A DNA stretch of 64,000 nt from Octopus vulgaris (GCA_951406725.2 OX597821.1:72726001-72790000), one strand, 5' to 3'. Shown: positions 1 through 12,448, numbered from the stretch's first letter. Made by a program: numbers and translations. Notes: generated by a model not told the origin, from the sequence alone.

Positions 1-725
1 GGCATAAACTCACTCACACCAAATATATTCCAGCCTCTATCCTACAAGACCTGCTGTCACCCTTCTACTTTTCCTATGGCTACTAAAATGGTCTCAGTTC
101 CCTGCAGTTGGCCAGTCTTAAACCATTGCCAGTCAGGCACTCCAAGCCCACACATTTCTCATTTTCTAATCATCCATATTGTGTCCACTTAACCAAGTCC
201 CATCCTAAACAGTATGCCTGGTTCAATATCTCAGGTGTTGGTCATCTGGAATCATTTGTGTATTTTTCCTGTATCTCAGTTATGTTAATGGCATCAGGTG
301 GTCTTAGAGGGCCTGCAGAAACCATGAGCAAACCCTACCCCCTCAAAACAAAAGTTTGATAATGGGGGCCAGTACCAAATCCTAGGGAACACCAAAGTTG
401 AAAGGATGTGGGTCAGAGAGAGCTCCAGTAATCTGATAGGAATCTACCAATCAAAGAGATGAGATATAGATGAAGAGAACTGGCAGATAGTTTTAATGGA
501 ATAGGTACATGCCAGGTAGAGTCTTGTTGATGTTGAGAGCAATGTCATTGCTTCCACCAACTTTCTCTCTTCTACTGAATGACATGAGACTAGGTTTCAA
601 GTAGATTTAGCTTTACAAAAGATGTACAGCCAGTAGTCATTAAGGAAAGAGAGAGAGATTCAAAGTGTTGGAAAATGTCATCATCATCGTTCGACTGTGG
701 TCGAGACAATGGAATTTACTATGCT

Positions 726-1084
726 TGGTTCCAGGTTCAATCCCACTGCATGGCACCTTGGGCAAGTGCCTTCTACTATAGCGTTGGGCCGACCAAAGCC
801 TTGTGAGTGGATTTGGTAGAGGGAAACTGAAAGAAGCCTATTGTATATATATATACATACATTATATATATATATATATACATTATATATATATATTAAA
901 TATAAATATATATATATATATATATATTTAAATATAAATATATATATATATATAAATTAAATATAAATATATATTCCAGGTTCAATCCCACTGCATGGCA
1001 CCTTGGGCAAGTGCCTTCTACTATAGCGTTGGGCCGACCAAAGCCTTGTGAGTGGATTTGGTAGAGGGAAACTGAAAGAAGCCT

Positions 1085-1166
<82 letters not shown>

Positions 1167-1447
1167 TAAATTAAATATAAATATATATATATATATATAT
1201 ATAAATTAAATATAAATATATATGTATGTATTTGTATGCATGTGTGTGTATGTGTGTCTGTATTTGACCCCCACCATTGCTCGACATCAATGTTGGTGTA
1301 TTTATGTCCTTGTAACTTAGCAGTTCTGCAAAAGCGACTGATAGCATAAGTACTAGACTTACAAAGAATAAGTCCTGGGGTCTATTTGTTCGACTAAAAG
1401 TGGTGCTCCAGCATGGCCACAGTCAAATGACTGAAACAAGTAAAAGA
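726..1447 (+). mobile_element. SINE family A copy (5'-truncated) with an internal duplication across the (TA)n tract
   Basis: Matches other family A copies (ggttcaatcccactgcatggcaccttgggcaagtg...gaaactgaaagaagcc-(TA)n(TG)n-...aagaataagtcctgggg...gactgaaacaagtaaaag). Segment ~730-850 is repeated at ~974-1090. Confidence 0.85.
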
Positions 1448-1796
1448 ACGAAAGACTAGGCTGAGTAAGCAAGCTGGATGTTAAAAAGTATAAACATGAA
1501 TGAACAAGGACTGTTTGGTATAAGCCAAACAGTAGAGGACACCTGCCGACAGGTGAGAAAGCCATGAAAAGATATGGTCAGGTGGAGAGTTGAGGATGTT
1601 GAGCCTCTCATACAAGATGACCTGCAACGGATAGCAATGACATGCTATGTGCTGTAGACCCGTCCAACCCAGGCCAGCATGAAAAAAGAAAAAAGAACAT
1701 TAAAACAATGATGTCATGTGTATGCTGGATAGGGAGACATGGGAAAGAAAAGGGACAGAAATTTGAGGTTAGACTAAATTATCATAAAACTTCAAC

Positions 1797-2207
1797 TACC
1801 TATTTCTTTACTACCCACAAGGGGCTAAACACAGAGAGGACAAACAAGGACAGACAAACGGATTAAGTCGATTATATCAACCCTAGTGCATAACTGGTAC
1901 TTATTTAATCAACCCCGAAAGGATGAAAGGCAAAGTCGACCTCGGCGGAATTTGAACTCAGAACGTAACGGCAGACGTAATACCTATTTCCTTACTACTC
2001 ACAAGGGGCTAAATATAGAGAGGACAAACAAATGGATTAAGTCGATTATATTGACCCCAGTGTGTAACTGGCACTTATTTAATCGACCCCGAAAGGATAA
2101 AAGGCAAAGTCGACCTCGACGGAAATTGAACTCAGAACATAGCGGCAGATGAAATACCGCTAAGCATCTCGCCCAGCATGCTAACGATTCTGCCAGCTCT
2201 ACCACCA
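1797..2207 (-). mobile_element. SINE family B dimer (head-body-tail1-body-tail1)
   Basis: Two tandem copies of ctatttctttactacccacaaggggctaaa...aaggcaaagtcgacctcggcggaatttgaactcagaac. The head (ctgccagctc) is at the right end. Confidence 0.85.
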
Positions 2208-2865
2208 TTATTTCTATGTCTAACAGGTTAAGCAGCCAAACAGTGACTCCCTCCAGGTTTTCTCTTTTACATATGTCACTATGACTAATGTATGATGACT
2301 GAAGAGCATTTTAGAGAATACAAGTCAGTGTACACAACAATAACAAGATACAGCTTTATGCATGAGAGAGAAAAAGAGAGAGAGAGAGAAAGCAAACCGA
2401 AAATGAGAATATACTAGTGTGTGTGTGTGTGTGTAATAACAGTGAAGCTGTTGTATGCATGTATTAGAGGAGGCATAGATGGTAGCATGGGTGGGGGTAC
2501 ATTAACTATGACAGACATCTATGAATGGGACGGGTGGATCATTAATTCCTGGGAAACATGTCAAAGAATGTAGGTTTTGTGCAGTTGAAGAATATCAATG
2601 GTGAAATAATGTGAAGGGTAAATGAAAGAATAAAGGAAAATTACAACCCAGACAAAACATGCCAGAAATCTTTCACACACACACACAAACACACACACAC
2701 TTTGCCGTGCTGACAAAGGTAAGTCTAGAATACATCTTATTTCCATACAAATTTTTATGTCATATAGGAGAGAATGGAAAGAGAGAGTGAAACACACACA
2801 CACACACAGAGGTTTGTACTTATATTTAGTGTAAGTAATAAGGCTTCAATATTTAAAGGGATTGA

Positions 2866-3081
2866 GGCAGCGAGCTGGCAGACACGTTAGCACGCCGGGT
2901 GAAATGCTTAGTGGTATTTCATCTGTCTTTATTTTCTGAGTTCAAATTCCGCCGAGGCCGACTTTGCCTTTCATCCTTTTGGGGTTGATAAATTAAGTAC
3001 CAGTTACGCACTGAAGTCACTATAATCAAGTCCCCCCCCACCTCCCCCAAAATTTCAGTCCTTATGCCTAAAGTAGAAAAA
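2866..3081 (+). mobile_element. SINE family B (tail2 type) with TSD
   Basis: ggcagcgagctggcag...gagttcaaattccgccgagg...gcctttcatcc, flanked by the direct repeat aatatttaaagggatt (~2848 and ~3082). Confidence 0.85.
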
Positions 3082-5047
3082 AATATTTAAAGGGATTAGA
3101 AAGTTCATAAATTTCCAAAACACGAGGAACACAACTCAAGGAGTCATAACGGGTTTGAACCGGCATTATGCATTTGGTTTGCCCTCTACCATCGCACACA
3201 CAGATGTACTTAACTTATGATGATATTCTAAGTGTTATACCAAAGATTTTCAATACATACCTTGTTAAGGTGCAACATCACTTCGCTCCCATCCCACATA
3301 AACCTCAACTTAGCTCTCCCTCTTTTTTTTTTGTTTTTGTTTTTTAGATGAATTTTCATATCCCAAGCAGTATTCTTACTTTAAAGGTTTACCAATGGGA
3401 GTATATTAGTCATGAGAAGAACATTAAAAACGGTAAACAAGACAACAGCTCACGATTCTAAAGAGAGAAAATGCTTACTGACAACATAGATATATATATA
3501 TACACAGAAAGTATGTATAAATAACATATACATAAATCTCATGCTTGGAGGATTGAACCCCTACTCTTTTCTTCCTCCACCACCACCACACTAACCCTAA
3601 CCCATCAACTGAATGCAACAGAAAAGAAAAGTGATCCTATGAGAAACCCTTATGAATGTAGTTATTTGATATTAAGCTTCAATAATTGTTGCTAAGAAAC
3701 CTTAGCCCCTTATTTCCTGTCTTCTAGCTTATCACAAGGGAATAAGGAATACACACACGCTTAGCTGTCTGTGTTGTGTATTCATTTACCTGTGTGTCAG
3801 TGTATCCTGCAGAAATATTTGCTCAATCCTTACTATGCAGGTCTAAATATACATTAACTATAGAGGAGAAGGGAATGAAACAATTCTAAAGGTCAAGCCT
3901 GAAACAAGATAGAATGTAGTCACAAATAATTACCAAGTTCAAATCTCAGTAGGGTAGTCTTTATCTTTTTATCCTCCCCCCCCCAGAAAATAAAATAAAT
4001 AACAGTTAAGTGACTGAGGCTGATTATATCCTTTCCCAGAAATTAGTGGTCTTGTGTCCATGTGAGAAATCTTTATTTCTTTCAGACTTAAAAGAGAATA
4101 ATAGAGCCTATTAAATTCCGTATGTCCATCATTGTTAACCTCTTAGCCTTCACTCAAAAACAATCTGATTTCTCTTATGAAACTTCATGCTCATCCACAT
4201 CCCATATACCCGCTGACCAATCATCAAATTGTATCCTTTTTTTCTACTGTAAAATATGGGCCCTAAAACATTCACCAAGTCCATCCCACTGTCAACATTT
4301 AGAAACTGACAGCTGCCGACATCCTAAAGCTTCCAACCTCTCAACACAGAGTTAACCTACCAAAACAGCAATAAAAAAAACATGCAGTTTCCCATTCTAA
4401 GAATTGCATCCTTAACTCTACATCTACAACCATGTTTGGCTCCTATAGAAAAAAAAAAGTCTTTACAAATTTGGAATAGATCAACTTAAAAAGAAAACAA
4501 AGCTTTAGCCATACAAAAGACGTATGGCTCATTAGGCCCCAAACACCCATTCAAATAAATATTCCAAAACCAATATTATGCAGTACTTCCAATAATGTTC
4601 AAATCAACATTTCTGATTGTTGTGAAATACGGAAAGCTTCATTAAGTTCCCATTGAATAGTTTCTGCAGAGAATATATAATTGTCAGTCAATAAAGACAC
4701 AGTGTTGTATTTTGGGTGCAGTGGAAGTTGATTTGAGTGCATAAATAATTCTATTGAAATCTTTGTTTGGTGAATAAAGCTTAATAATAATAATAATAGT
4801 TTCTTACTGGAATAAATATTTGGTCAAAACAAATATAACTTTTAGTTTATATGACTGCAATATCAACCACAATAATGATGGTGGTGGTGGTGCAAAGATC
4901 TGGCAAAAAAGCAAATTAATGGGGTTATTCATCCAGAAATAATACCTTTATGGAATATATTTGTGTTTAAATACACAAAACTATTTCGCAATGTGTTTGC
5001 TTTAAGCATAATACACAGATGGAGGCACTGGCATGATTAGGTATGGG

Positions 5048-5378
5048 TGTGGCTGTGTGGCAAGAAGTTTACTTCTCAAGCACATGGTCCCAGGTTCAAT
5101 CTCACTCTGTGACAACTTGGACAAATGTCTTCTACTATAGCCCTAGGTTGGCCAAAACCTTACGAATGAATTTGATAGATGGAAACTGAAAGAAGCTCAT
5201 CTCACACACACACACACACACGTGTGTGTGTGTGTGTGTCCACTCAAAAAACCAGTGTTAGTTTGTTTACGTCCCCATAACTTAGTAGTTCATCAAATAC
5301 GAGACCAATAGAATAAGTACCACGCTTATTGCTCCAGCATGGCTGCTGTCCAATGATTGAAACAAGTAAAAGATAAAG
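5048..5378 (+). mobile_element. SINE family A, diverged
   Basis: gtggctgtgtggcaagaag...ggttcaatctcact...gaaactgaaagaagc-(CA)n(TG)n-...gattgaaacaagtaaaagata. Confidence 0.8.
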
Positions 5379-5389
5379 ATGGCTATGTA

Positions 5390-5604
5390 TATGAGAGGGT
5401 GCTGAAGAGTTCCTGGCTTTGGGTAAAAGAAAATACAGCAGAATCAGTTAATCCTGATTTTATTTAACATATTCCTCCTCTCAGATTCACAGACTTATTG
5501 TAGCAGTCCTTTTAGTTTTTCAAAGCCCTGTAAAAGAACTCAGAAGGTTGGGCCTCCAACCAGGCCTTTCATGATAACCTTAAAGCCAGACACTTGCCCT
5601 CGTA
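5390..5604 (-). mobile_element. Mariner-derived MITE retaining a transposase C-terminal remnant
   Basis: TA-flanked, with degenerate TIRs. The minus strand reads KAWLEAQPSEFFY..., similar to the mariner C-terminus. A second copy lies in the opposite orientation at 53896-54119. Confidence 0.75.
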
Positions 5605-5849
5605 TATGTCACTAAAAGCCAGCGGGTTTATTAAAAAAATAGATTGAGGGCCAGAAGCAGTATCAATACCAGAAGGTAAAATGTTTAGCACTTAAAAAAG
5701 GGATGTTGTGTTAGGGGTGAATATTTCCCCTTTTCACATTGATACCATTTTTGTTGCTCTATTTATGTGTGTGTGTGCATGTGTTTGTTTGTGTGAGAGA
5801 GAGAGAGAGAGAGAAAGAGTGTGTGTCTGCTTGCATGCACACTCGTTTG

Positions 5850-6142
5850 CAGCAAGCGATGAGCTGAGCACAACCAGCAGCTATGGTGGTTCGTTTTACT
5901 TTGCAGCTGACAAGCGGCATAGCTGTGTACCATTCAGTGGTACAGCAAGGTGGCCTGTAGGCCGTTGGGAGTTGAAGAGTTTTTACGAGAGACAACAGAG
6001 ACAACTGTGACTGATATCACAGCAACCAATAACTCTTCAGCTCCAAGTCTATAAATAAACGACTCAATAAATCTAATTCTAAGATGAGGACAGGATGTTG
6101 CAGAAGTTACAACAGGTACGATGATCAGGTTATAATAGAAAC
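5850..6142 (-). other. Candidate exon of a minus-strand gene (possibly 5'UTR/uORF-containing); 3' boundary uncertain
   Basis: Acceptor gggtttctttcatttag|GT at 6143/6142 opens a unique, relatively GC-rich segment. The phase-1 frame (GFYYNLIIVP...LLYH) is open to a TGA at 5934-5936, with downstream ATGs. No homology recognised. Confidence 0.35.
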
Positions 6143-6269
6143 CTAAATGAAAGAAACCCACAATGCTCGTTAAATGGGATAAACAGAAACTAGGTCATCT
6201 GAGAAACACCACATATTTACTAAGTAATATGATTACTACTTTTAATATTTCTATCATTATCTTGTAGGT

Positions 6270-6592
6270 TTTGTTTTGGTCAGTAGACTGTGGCCATGCT
6301 GGGGCACCGCTCTGAGGAATTTTTAATTGAATGAATTGACTCCAGGACTTTTTTTAAGCCTGGTACTTATTCTATGGGTTTTAGCTGAACTGCTAATCTA
6401 TGGGGATGGAAACAGGGTGGGGGGAATAAACAGACACACACGAAAGGCTTCTTTTAGTTTCTGCCTACCAACTCCACTCACAAAGCTTTGGTTGGCCCGA
6501 GGCTGTAGTAGAAGACACTTGCCCATAGTACCATGCAGTGGGATTGAACCCGGAACAATGTGGTTGCGATGCAAGCTTCTTATCACACAGCC
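6270..6592 (-). mobile_element. SINE family A, reverse copy
   Basis: Reverse complement of family A (gactgtggccatgctggggcacc...ccactcacaaagctttgg...gggattgaacccggaacaatgtgg). Confidence 0.8.
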
Positions 6593-7317
6593 CATTCTTT
6601 CATTCAAACACAAAAAATATTGAAACATTTTTCCAGCAGCAAAACAAAAAAATTGATATAAAAATCTCGCATGCCTTAAATGATTCTTCTATTCATTTCA
6701 TTGATTGATCCTAAAACAATGCAATTAGATATCCTTTAATTAATTAATTATTGATAAGATTTATCAAAGTGAACTATACACATGTCATAGATTAAAAATA
6801 AATTAGAAATAAAGGACAAAAAGGAGGTCAGAAGTTGGAGTGGCGAAGATCAAACCATAAATGTGAGTGAAAATGGATACGAAATGGATGTTGGTTAAGT
6901 TACATATGTAAGAAATTTGTTAATTAGAATAACAGAAAAAGATTTTTTTTAATAAAAAATGGGGAGTGAAGAAAAATAACAGAACAAATTGCATCATACC
7001 ACAGTATTAGAATCAAAGGATCAGTGAAGACAGTTCTAGAATACAAGGGAAACTCAAAGGCTCAACTGGTTCCAAAGATCCAATTATGAAATGAGAGACC
7101 AATTCGTACAGAAATGATGTTCTTTAAATGATGGTTATGTTCTCACTGATGGAACCTGACAAATTTTTGAATTCAGAATGTAAAGAGCTGAAAGAAATGC
7201 TACTTTGCAATTTTATTTGCCGCCTTAACAATTCTGTCATTGGTCCCAGAACTTTGCTGATATTTTATTAGCTCAGCAGGAGTTTGAACTCATTACACAG
7301 TGAAAAAACTTTAAAAA

Positions 7318-7685
7318 GTGGCTGTGTAGTAAGTAGCTTGCTTACCAACCACATGGTTCCTGGTTCAGTCCCACTGCATGGCACCTTGGGCAAGTGTCTT
7401 CTACTATAGCCTCAGTGTTGGGCCGACCAAAGCCTTGTGAGTGGATTTGGTAGACGGAAACTGAAAGACACCTGTCATATATATGTGTGTGTATGTGTGT
7501 GTGTTTGTGTGTCTGTGCTTGTGCCTCCAACATCGCTTGACAACTGATAGCAGTTCGGCAAAAGAGACCGATAGAATAAGTACTAAGCTTACAAAGAATA
7601 AGTCCTGGGGTTGATTTGCTTGACTAAAGGCGGTGCTCCAGCATGGCTGCAGTCAAATGATTGAAACAAGTAAAAGAATAAAAGA
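7318..7685 (+). mobile_element. SINE family A
   Basis: gtggctgtgtagtaagtagcttgcttaccaaccacatggttcctggttcagtcccactgc...aaacaagtaaaagaata. Confidence 0.9.
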
Positions 7686-8232
7686 AAATTAGTACAAAAA
7701 TTAGGTGAAGAACACCCTAGAAATCTTGAAATCTCACAATAGTGAAATAGGACAGAGAGACAGGACAAAGGTAACAATTCCATACAAGAACTATTCCCAA
7801 ATTTCTAGAACTGTCAAATGCAAAAAATTCTTCATATAAATTTGATTTCTACTCAATAGAAAATATCCAGTATATGCAGTCTCATGACATAACTTTTTAA
7901 TTCCCAGCTTTCCAGAAACCTTTCTGTTCCTCTATTTCGAGAGCATTCTTCCAAAAATGACAAAATGTGAACACAAGTAAGAATGTCTTATGGAATACAG
8001 GTTAAACTTGTCCCAGCAGAAAATAAAAATAGATTATGAAGATGATGATGATGATATTGGGGAGGAATAGGAAGATGAACAACGATTGGTGAGCAATTTT
8101 GATGAAAGAAGCCATGAGATTATTATCATGGAATTGTTAGTATTTTTAAAAAATTACTTCTGAGGCAGCATTATGGCAGGAAAAGTATTTAAAACCCAAT
8201 TTCAAGTTTAAGGGCTGCGACTAATAGGGCCA

Positions 8233-8500
8233 CCTGACTGGCTCCCGTGCCGGTGGCATGTAAAAAGCGCTATCCGAATGTGATCGATGCCAGGTCCGCC
8301 TGACTAACTCCCGTGCCAGTGGCACATAAAAAGCACCCACTGCACTCTCGGAGTGGTTGGCATTAGGATGGGCGTCCAGCTGTAGAAACCTTGCCAGATC
8401 AGATTGGAGCCTGGTGCAGCCGCTGGCTTTCCAGACTTCAGTCAAACCGTCCAACCCATGCCAGCATGGAAAACGGACATGAAACAATGATGATGATGAT
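8233..8500 (+). mobile_element. SINE-like family D (RTE-type 3' end, (GAT)n tail)
   Basis: gagtggttggcattaggatgggcgtccagctgtagaaac...ccaacccatgccagcatggaaaacggacatgaaacaa(tga)n. Same family at 18770-19285 and 46158-46490. Confidence 0.8.
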
Positions 8501-8594
8501 CTTGCTTAAGAACATAATTGAAATGGGGTAGGAACTCATGATCCCTAAAAGAATGGTTACAATCATTGTTGGGTTAATGATGATTTGAATCAGT

Positions 8595-9205
8595 GATGTT
8601 GTTTTTAGCCCGAGGCAAACCTGATTTAACAGACTTATAATGAAAACTGGTGCAGCTGCGACCACCCACCCCCTTTTCTCTCTTTCAGGTATCACATTAT
8701 TCAGTGAATCCTTTTTTAAAGACAGTAAGGTGTAAATTGAGGAATGTTTGGCTGCTATTTCTAGCAGGCTGAGTGACTGCATAGAACAGGGGTGGGCAAA
8801 CTACGGCCCGCCATAGGTTTTCATGCGGCCCGCCGAGAGCTTTTATGAATCCCAACTTCTATGCAGATACTTCGTAACTATGGTAATTCACAATATTTTC
8901 ACTTGATTTTTATAAATGAGGCCCGCCAAGATTCCAAAGACGCACTGTGCGGCCCGCGATCAAAAAAGTTTGCCCACCCCTGGCATAGAAGGTCTCTCAG
9001 TGACTTGACTGAAGCCTTGTATGTCGCTGTTTAGCCATAGGTCAACCCTGATCAACCACACATGATCATCATATATATTCCTACAACCCGATTTACATGT
9101 ATTTAATGCAACTTGTCCTTAGAGAAGATGTTAGAACACAATAAGTAAGACGGTTGGCAGCTATTTCTAGCAGGCTGAGTAAATATATGGAAGCTCCCTC
9201 GTTGA
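8595..9205 (+). repeat. Old interspersed repeat family E (two copies)
   Basis: Motifs gttgtttagcc...ggtcaaccctgat and ttggctgctatttctagcaggctgagt recur at ~9985-10145, 28400-28480 (-), 38410-38480 (-), 49740-49830, 52430-52470 and 55100-55480. Confidence 0.65.
8787..8982. mobile_element. hAT-type (Charlie-like) MITE, 196 bp
   Basis: Perfect 16-bp TIRs caggggtgggcaaact / agtttgcccacccctg and a perfect 8-bp TSD gcatagaa (8779-8786, 8983-8990). Inserted within the old family E repeat. Confidence 0.95.
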
Positions 9206-10504
9206 CTTAAAGTGGTGTATGTTGATGAGATGGATTAGGGATTAATATTTTTGATAGCACCTGCTATCATAGGGGATGGAGGAAAAAGTGACTATCACTG
9301 TAGACACAGAATCATTGCAATATTGTAAGTACAACAGCTAAAATAGTAATGGTTTATTATTAAATTATAACAACAGATCATTCTTCAGGCTGTTTTCTTT
9401 TGTTGGTGGATAAAGAGCACTTTGGGCTACATCCTCACAGAATTTTTGTTTTTTTCTTTCTCAGACAGGATGGCAGTATCTGAAGATAATTTAATGCAGG
9501 TTGACATTAATGTTCCTTCCTGACAAACAAGATCAACAAATTTGATACAATATCATAAATAGACACCACTCCCTACACTTGTCACGAAACAATAAAGTTT
9601 AGGTCTTTTCCACAGCAACAGGAAATGAAAGTATTAAATATTCCAAGTAAAAAAAAAAAGTATCTATTGATACATTTCTCCAAAGTAGTAAAGAGAATCC
9701 ATTCATAGTTCCCACACCAACACCACCACCATAATTATTATAATTTCAAGCAGAAGCCCCCCACACACACAGATCTAGCTGTAGAAACCAAACCAGAGAA
9801 GACAATGGGGCCTGTTGCAGCCCCACCCTTACCAGATCCTGTCAAACTGTCCAGCACATGCCAGTATGTAAAACAACCCTATGATGATGAAGATGATGAC
9901 GATTAATATATATAACTTTTTCTTTTATTTACAATCTTTAAAAGGAAAATCAAAAACCTTGGTTTTGCTTTTCATTGTTGTTACTGTTGTTGTTTAGTGT
10001 CAAATCATTCTTGATTGAGCAGACTTGTGGCCAAAGCCATTTCAGCCACAACCATACATTATCCAACGTTTTCCTTTAAAATGATAGGTATCAGATTTGT
10101 CTGCTGTTTCTAGCAAATCACCCAGCTATTTAGAGGCTCTCTCATTGACATTCACTGTCTATTTAAGATCTGCGAGACCCAAATTCTTTCTGGCAAAACT
10201 CACAGGAGGAATATCTTGAATTAGCTCAACTAGAGGACAACATATTAGTCTATGGAACTGAAATAAACTTCAAATGAGAAAAAAAAAAAAGGCAGCATTT
10301 CTTGCAGCGTCCTTGTTGCATTTCAAAGCAATGTCCAATGCTCAGCTTAACTGGGAAGCAGACATCAAGTGATGAGATGAGCAATTTGCCTCTTGTTAAC
10401 AACACAAGGTTGGGTTAATTACCAAGCCATTTTAACTAACGTGATCCTAATAATTATAAACAGGTACTACAAGGCAGGAACAGTTTCCAACTGTAGACAA
10501 CACT

Positions 10505-10742
10505 GGGAACTTATTTACATTGGACGGATATTTGTCCTCATTTTGTTTGTTGTTAACACAACATTTCGGCTGATATACTATCCAGCCTTCATCAGGTGTC
10601 TTGGGGAAATTTCGAACCTGGGTTCTCATTCCTAAGGTATTTTTCAATGTTGTTGTTATTATTATTATTATTATTCAGGTTACTGCCTGGAATCGAACTC
10701 GGAATCTTGGGGTTATTAGCCCACGCTCTTAACCACGATGCC
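10505..10742 (-). mobile_element. Family C element (tRNA-like head + (AAT)n + hammerhead segment), left inverted arm
   Basis: Minus strand reads ggcatcgtggttaagagcgtgggctaataaccccaagattccgagttcgattccaggcag, then (AAT)n, then gacacctgatgaaggctg...cagccgaaatgttgtgtt. Confidence 0.8.
10555..10600 (-). ncRNA. Minimal type I hammerhead ribozyme motif (Penelope-type)
   Basis: gacac-CUGAUGA-a-ggcug(loop)cagcc-GAAA-uguu-guguu, with stem I gacac/guguu, stem II ggcug/cagcc and both core boxes intact. Confidence 0.75.
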
Positions 10743-10881
10743 AACAGGCATATACCATAGTGAGTAAGAGTGCAGGCTACTTACCCCAAGATTCCGAGTT
10801 CGATTCTAAGCAGTGACCTGAATAATAACAACATATTTCTAAATCTCTTAGAGAGATTTATGCAGTAGCAGCACGATAAAG

Positions 10882-11079
10882 TGATAGTATGTTGTCAACT
10901 TAATGTGACAGTCTCTGGATGCTAGCTTTGCTGGGTGGAGGTGCTTGTCTCCACTTTGAAAACATAAAGACACAGGAAATGTGTCAAGTCCAACAGGAAA
11001 CGGTGTTTCCTGGGGCTAAATAACAGTAGCATTCTTCCCTTTCATGGGACTGTCACATTAAGTTGTCAACATACTATCA
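10882..11079. mobile_element. Small inverted-repeat (MITE-like) element inside family C
   Basis: ~32-bp inverted repeats tgatagtatgttgtcaacttaatgtgacagtc / gactgtcacattaagttgtcaacatactatca. Confidence 0.65.
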
Positions 11080-11130
11080 ATAATAACAACATCGAAAAAT
11101 ACTGAGAACCCAGGTTCGAAATTACCCCAA

Positions 11131-11176
11131 GGCACCTGATGAAGGCTGGAGGGTATATCAGCCAAAACATTGTGTT
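11131..11176 (+). ncRNA. Hammerhead motif, decayed copy
   Basis: ggcac-CUGAUGA-a-ggcug...cagcc-AAAA-cauu-guguu. GAAA is mutated to AAAA, consistent with CpG decay. Confidence 0.6.
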
Positions 11177-11311
11177 AACAACAAACAAGATGAGGACAAA
11201 TATCCTTCAAATGTAAATAATGTACATAATTCCTCATCTGTTAAATATAGAACTGGAAACATTCACGAATGTTCTTGTAGTTTCAAAAGTTCTAACTCAT
11301 ATGAAAATAGC

Positions 11312-11358
<47 letters not shown>

Positions 11359-11636
11359 GAGAGAGAAGGAGAGAGAGAGATTCTAATTTATAAATGTGAA
11401 AATGAGTTATACAATTCATTGTATGGTTACAAACAGTGAATTAAGACATGAAAACTTCAAACTTCTGCTATGGTTAGACATGTTCCTGAGGAATATTGGA
11501 AAGGAATGACAATGCTTGTATAACAGTATCATCAAAGAAATAAATAAAATAAGAAATCAAAAAAAGAATTGAAACCAAACAAAGAAACAAAAAAAAATAC
11601 TAGAAACTATAACTGAAAAAAATGTAAATACATCAA

Positions 11637-11706
11637 AAGATTATTCTTAAAGAATCAATTCTGAGAATCAAAGATTATTCTTAAAGAACCAATTCTGAGA
11701 ATCAAA
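11637..11706. repeat. ~34-bp tandem duplication
   Basis: aagattattcttaaagaa(t/c)caattctgagaatcaa occurs twice. Confidence 0.85.
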
Positions 11707-12086
11707 GTAGATGCACAGTTATGAAATGGTAAACATCCTCTACAAATTTTTAAAAGCTGGTGCCTTAGCTCCAGTTTCATGGCACAATGATAAGTAAATC
11801 TTCTCTAGATGCCAGTCTCGTGTAAGTTTTCTAGGATAGCTTGTACCAATTCAAGACAGCTAAATGTACTGACGAAATTCAAAATTAAGCGTACTATTAT
11901 AGAAATACACAATAAAATGTCAGCAAGACCTATGAGTTAGTTACTCCAGAGACACAAGAATGGTAAAACAGATTTTGAAATCATGAGACTTAATTGAAAG
12001 AATAAGATGAAAATAGGTCAAAATACCAAAGACTAACTTGAAAGTAAAGCAAATAAATAAATAACAAAATTATTCCTAAACACACA

Positions 12087-12448
12087 CGGTTCCAGGTTCA
12101 GTCCCACTGCATGCCGCCTTGGGCAAGTGTCTTCTATCTACTATAGCCTCGGGCTGACCAAAGCCTTTTGAGTGGATTTGGTAGACAAAAACTGAAAGAA
12201 GCCAGTGATATGTGTGTGTGTGTGTGTGTGTATGTGTGTGTATATGTTTGTGTATCTGTGTTTGTCCCCCCAACATTGCTTGACAACTGATGCTGGTGTG
12301 TTTACATCCCTGTAACTTAACGGTTCAGGAAAAAGAAACCGATAGAATAAGTACTAGGCTTACAAAGAATAAATTCTGGGGTTAATTAGCTCGACTAAAG
12401 GTAGTGCTCTAGCATGGCCACAGTCAAATGACTGAAACAAATAAAAGG
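12087..12448 (+). mobile_element. SINE family A (5'-truncated)
   Basis: ggttccaggttcagtcccactgc...(TG)n...caaatgactgaaacaaataaaag. Confidence 0.85.

Larger units (their letters stand above)
10747..11253 (+). mobile_element. Family C element, right inverted arm, interrupted by an insertion at ~10835-11078
   Basis: tRNA-like head at 10747-10820 (B box gagttcgattc). aataataacaacat is duplicated at 10821-10834 and 11079-11092, and the body continues to aaatatagaactg. Confidence 0.8.

Noticed and set aside
10676-10820. Possible tRNA genes
   Set aside because: A/B-box-like motifs are present but there is no convincing acceptor stem. They are heads of family C, and the family A heads are rejected likewise.
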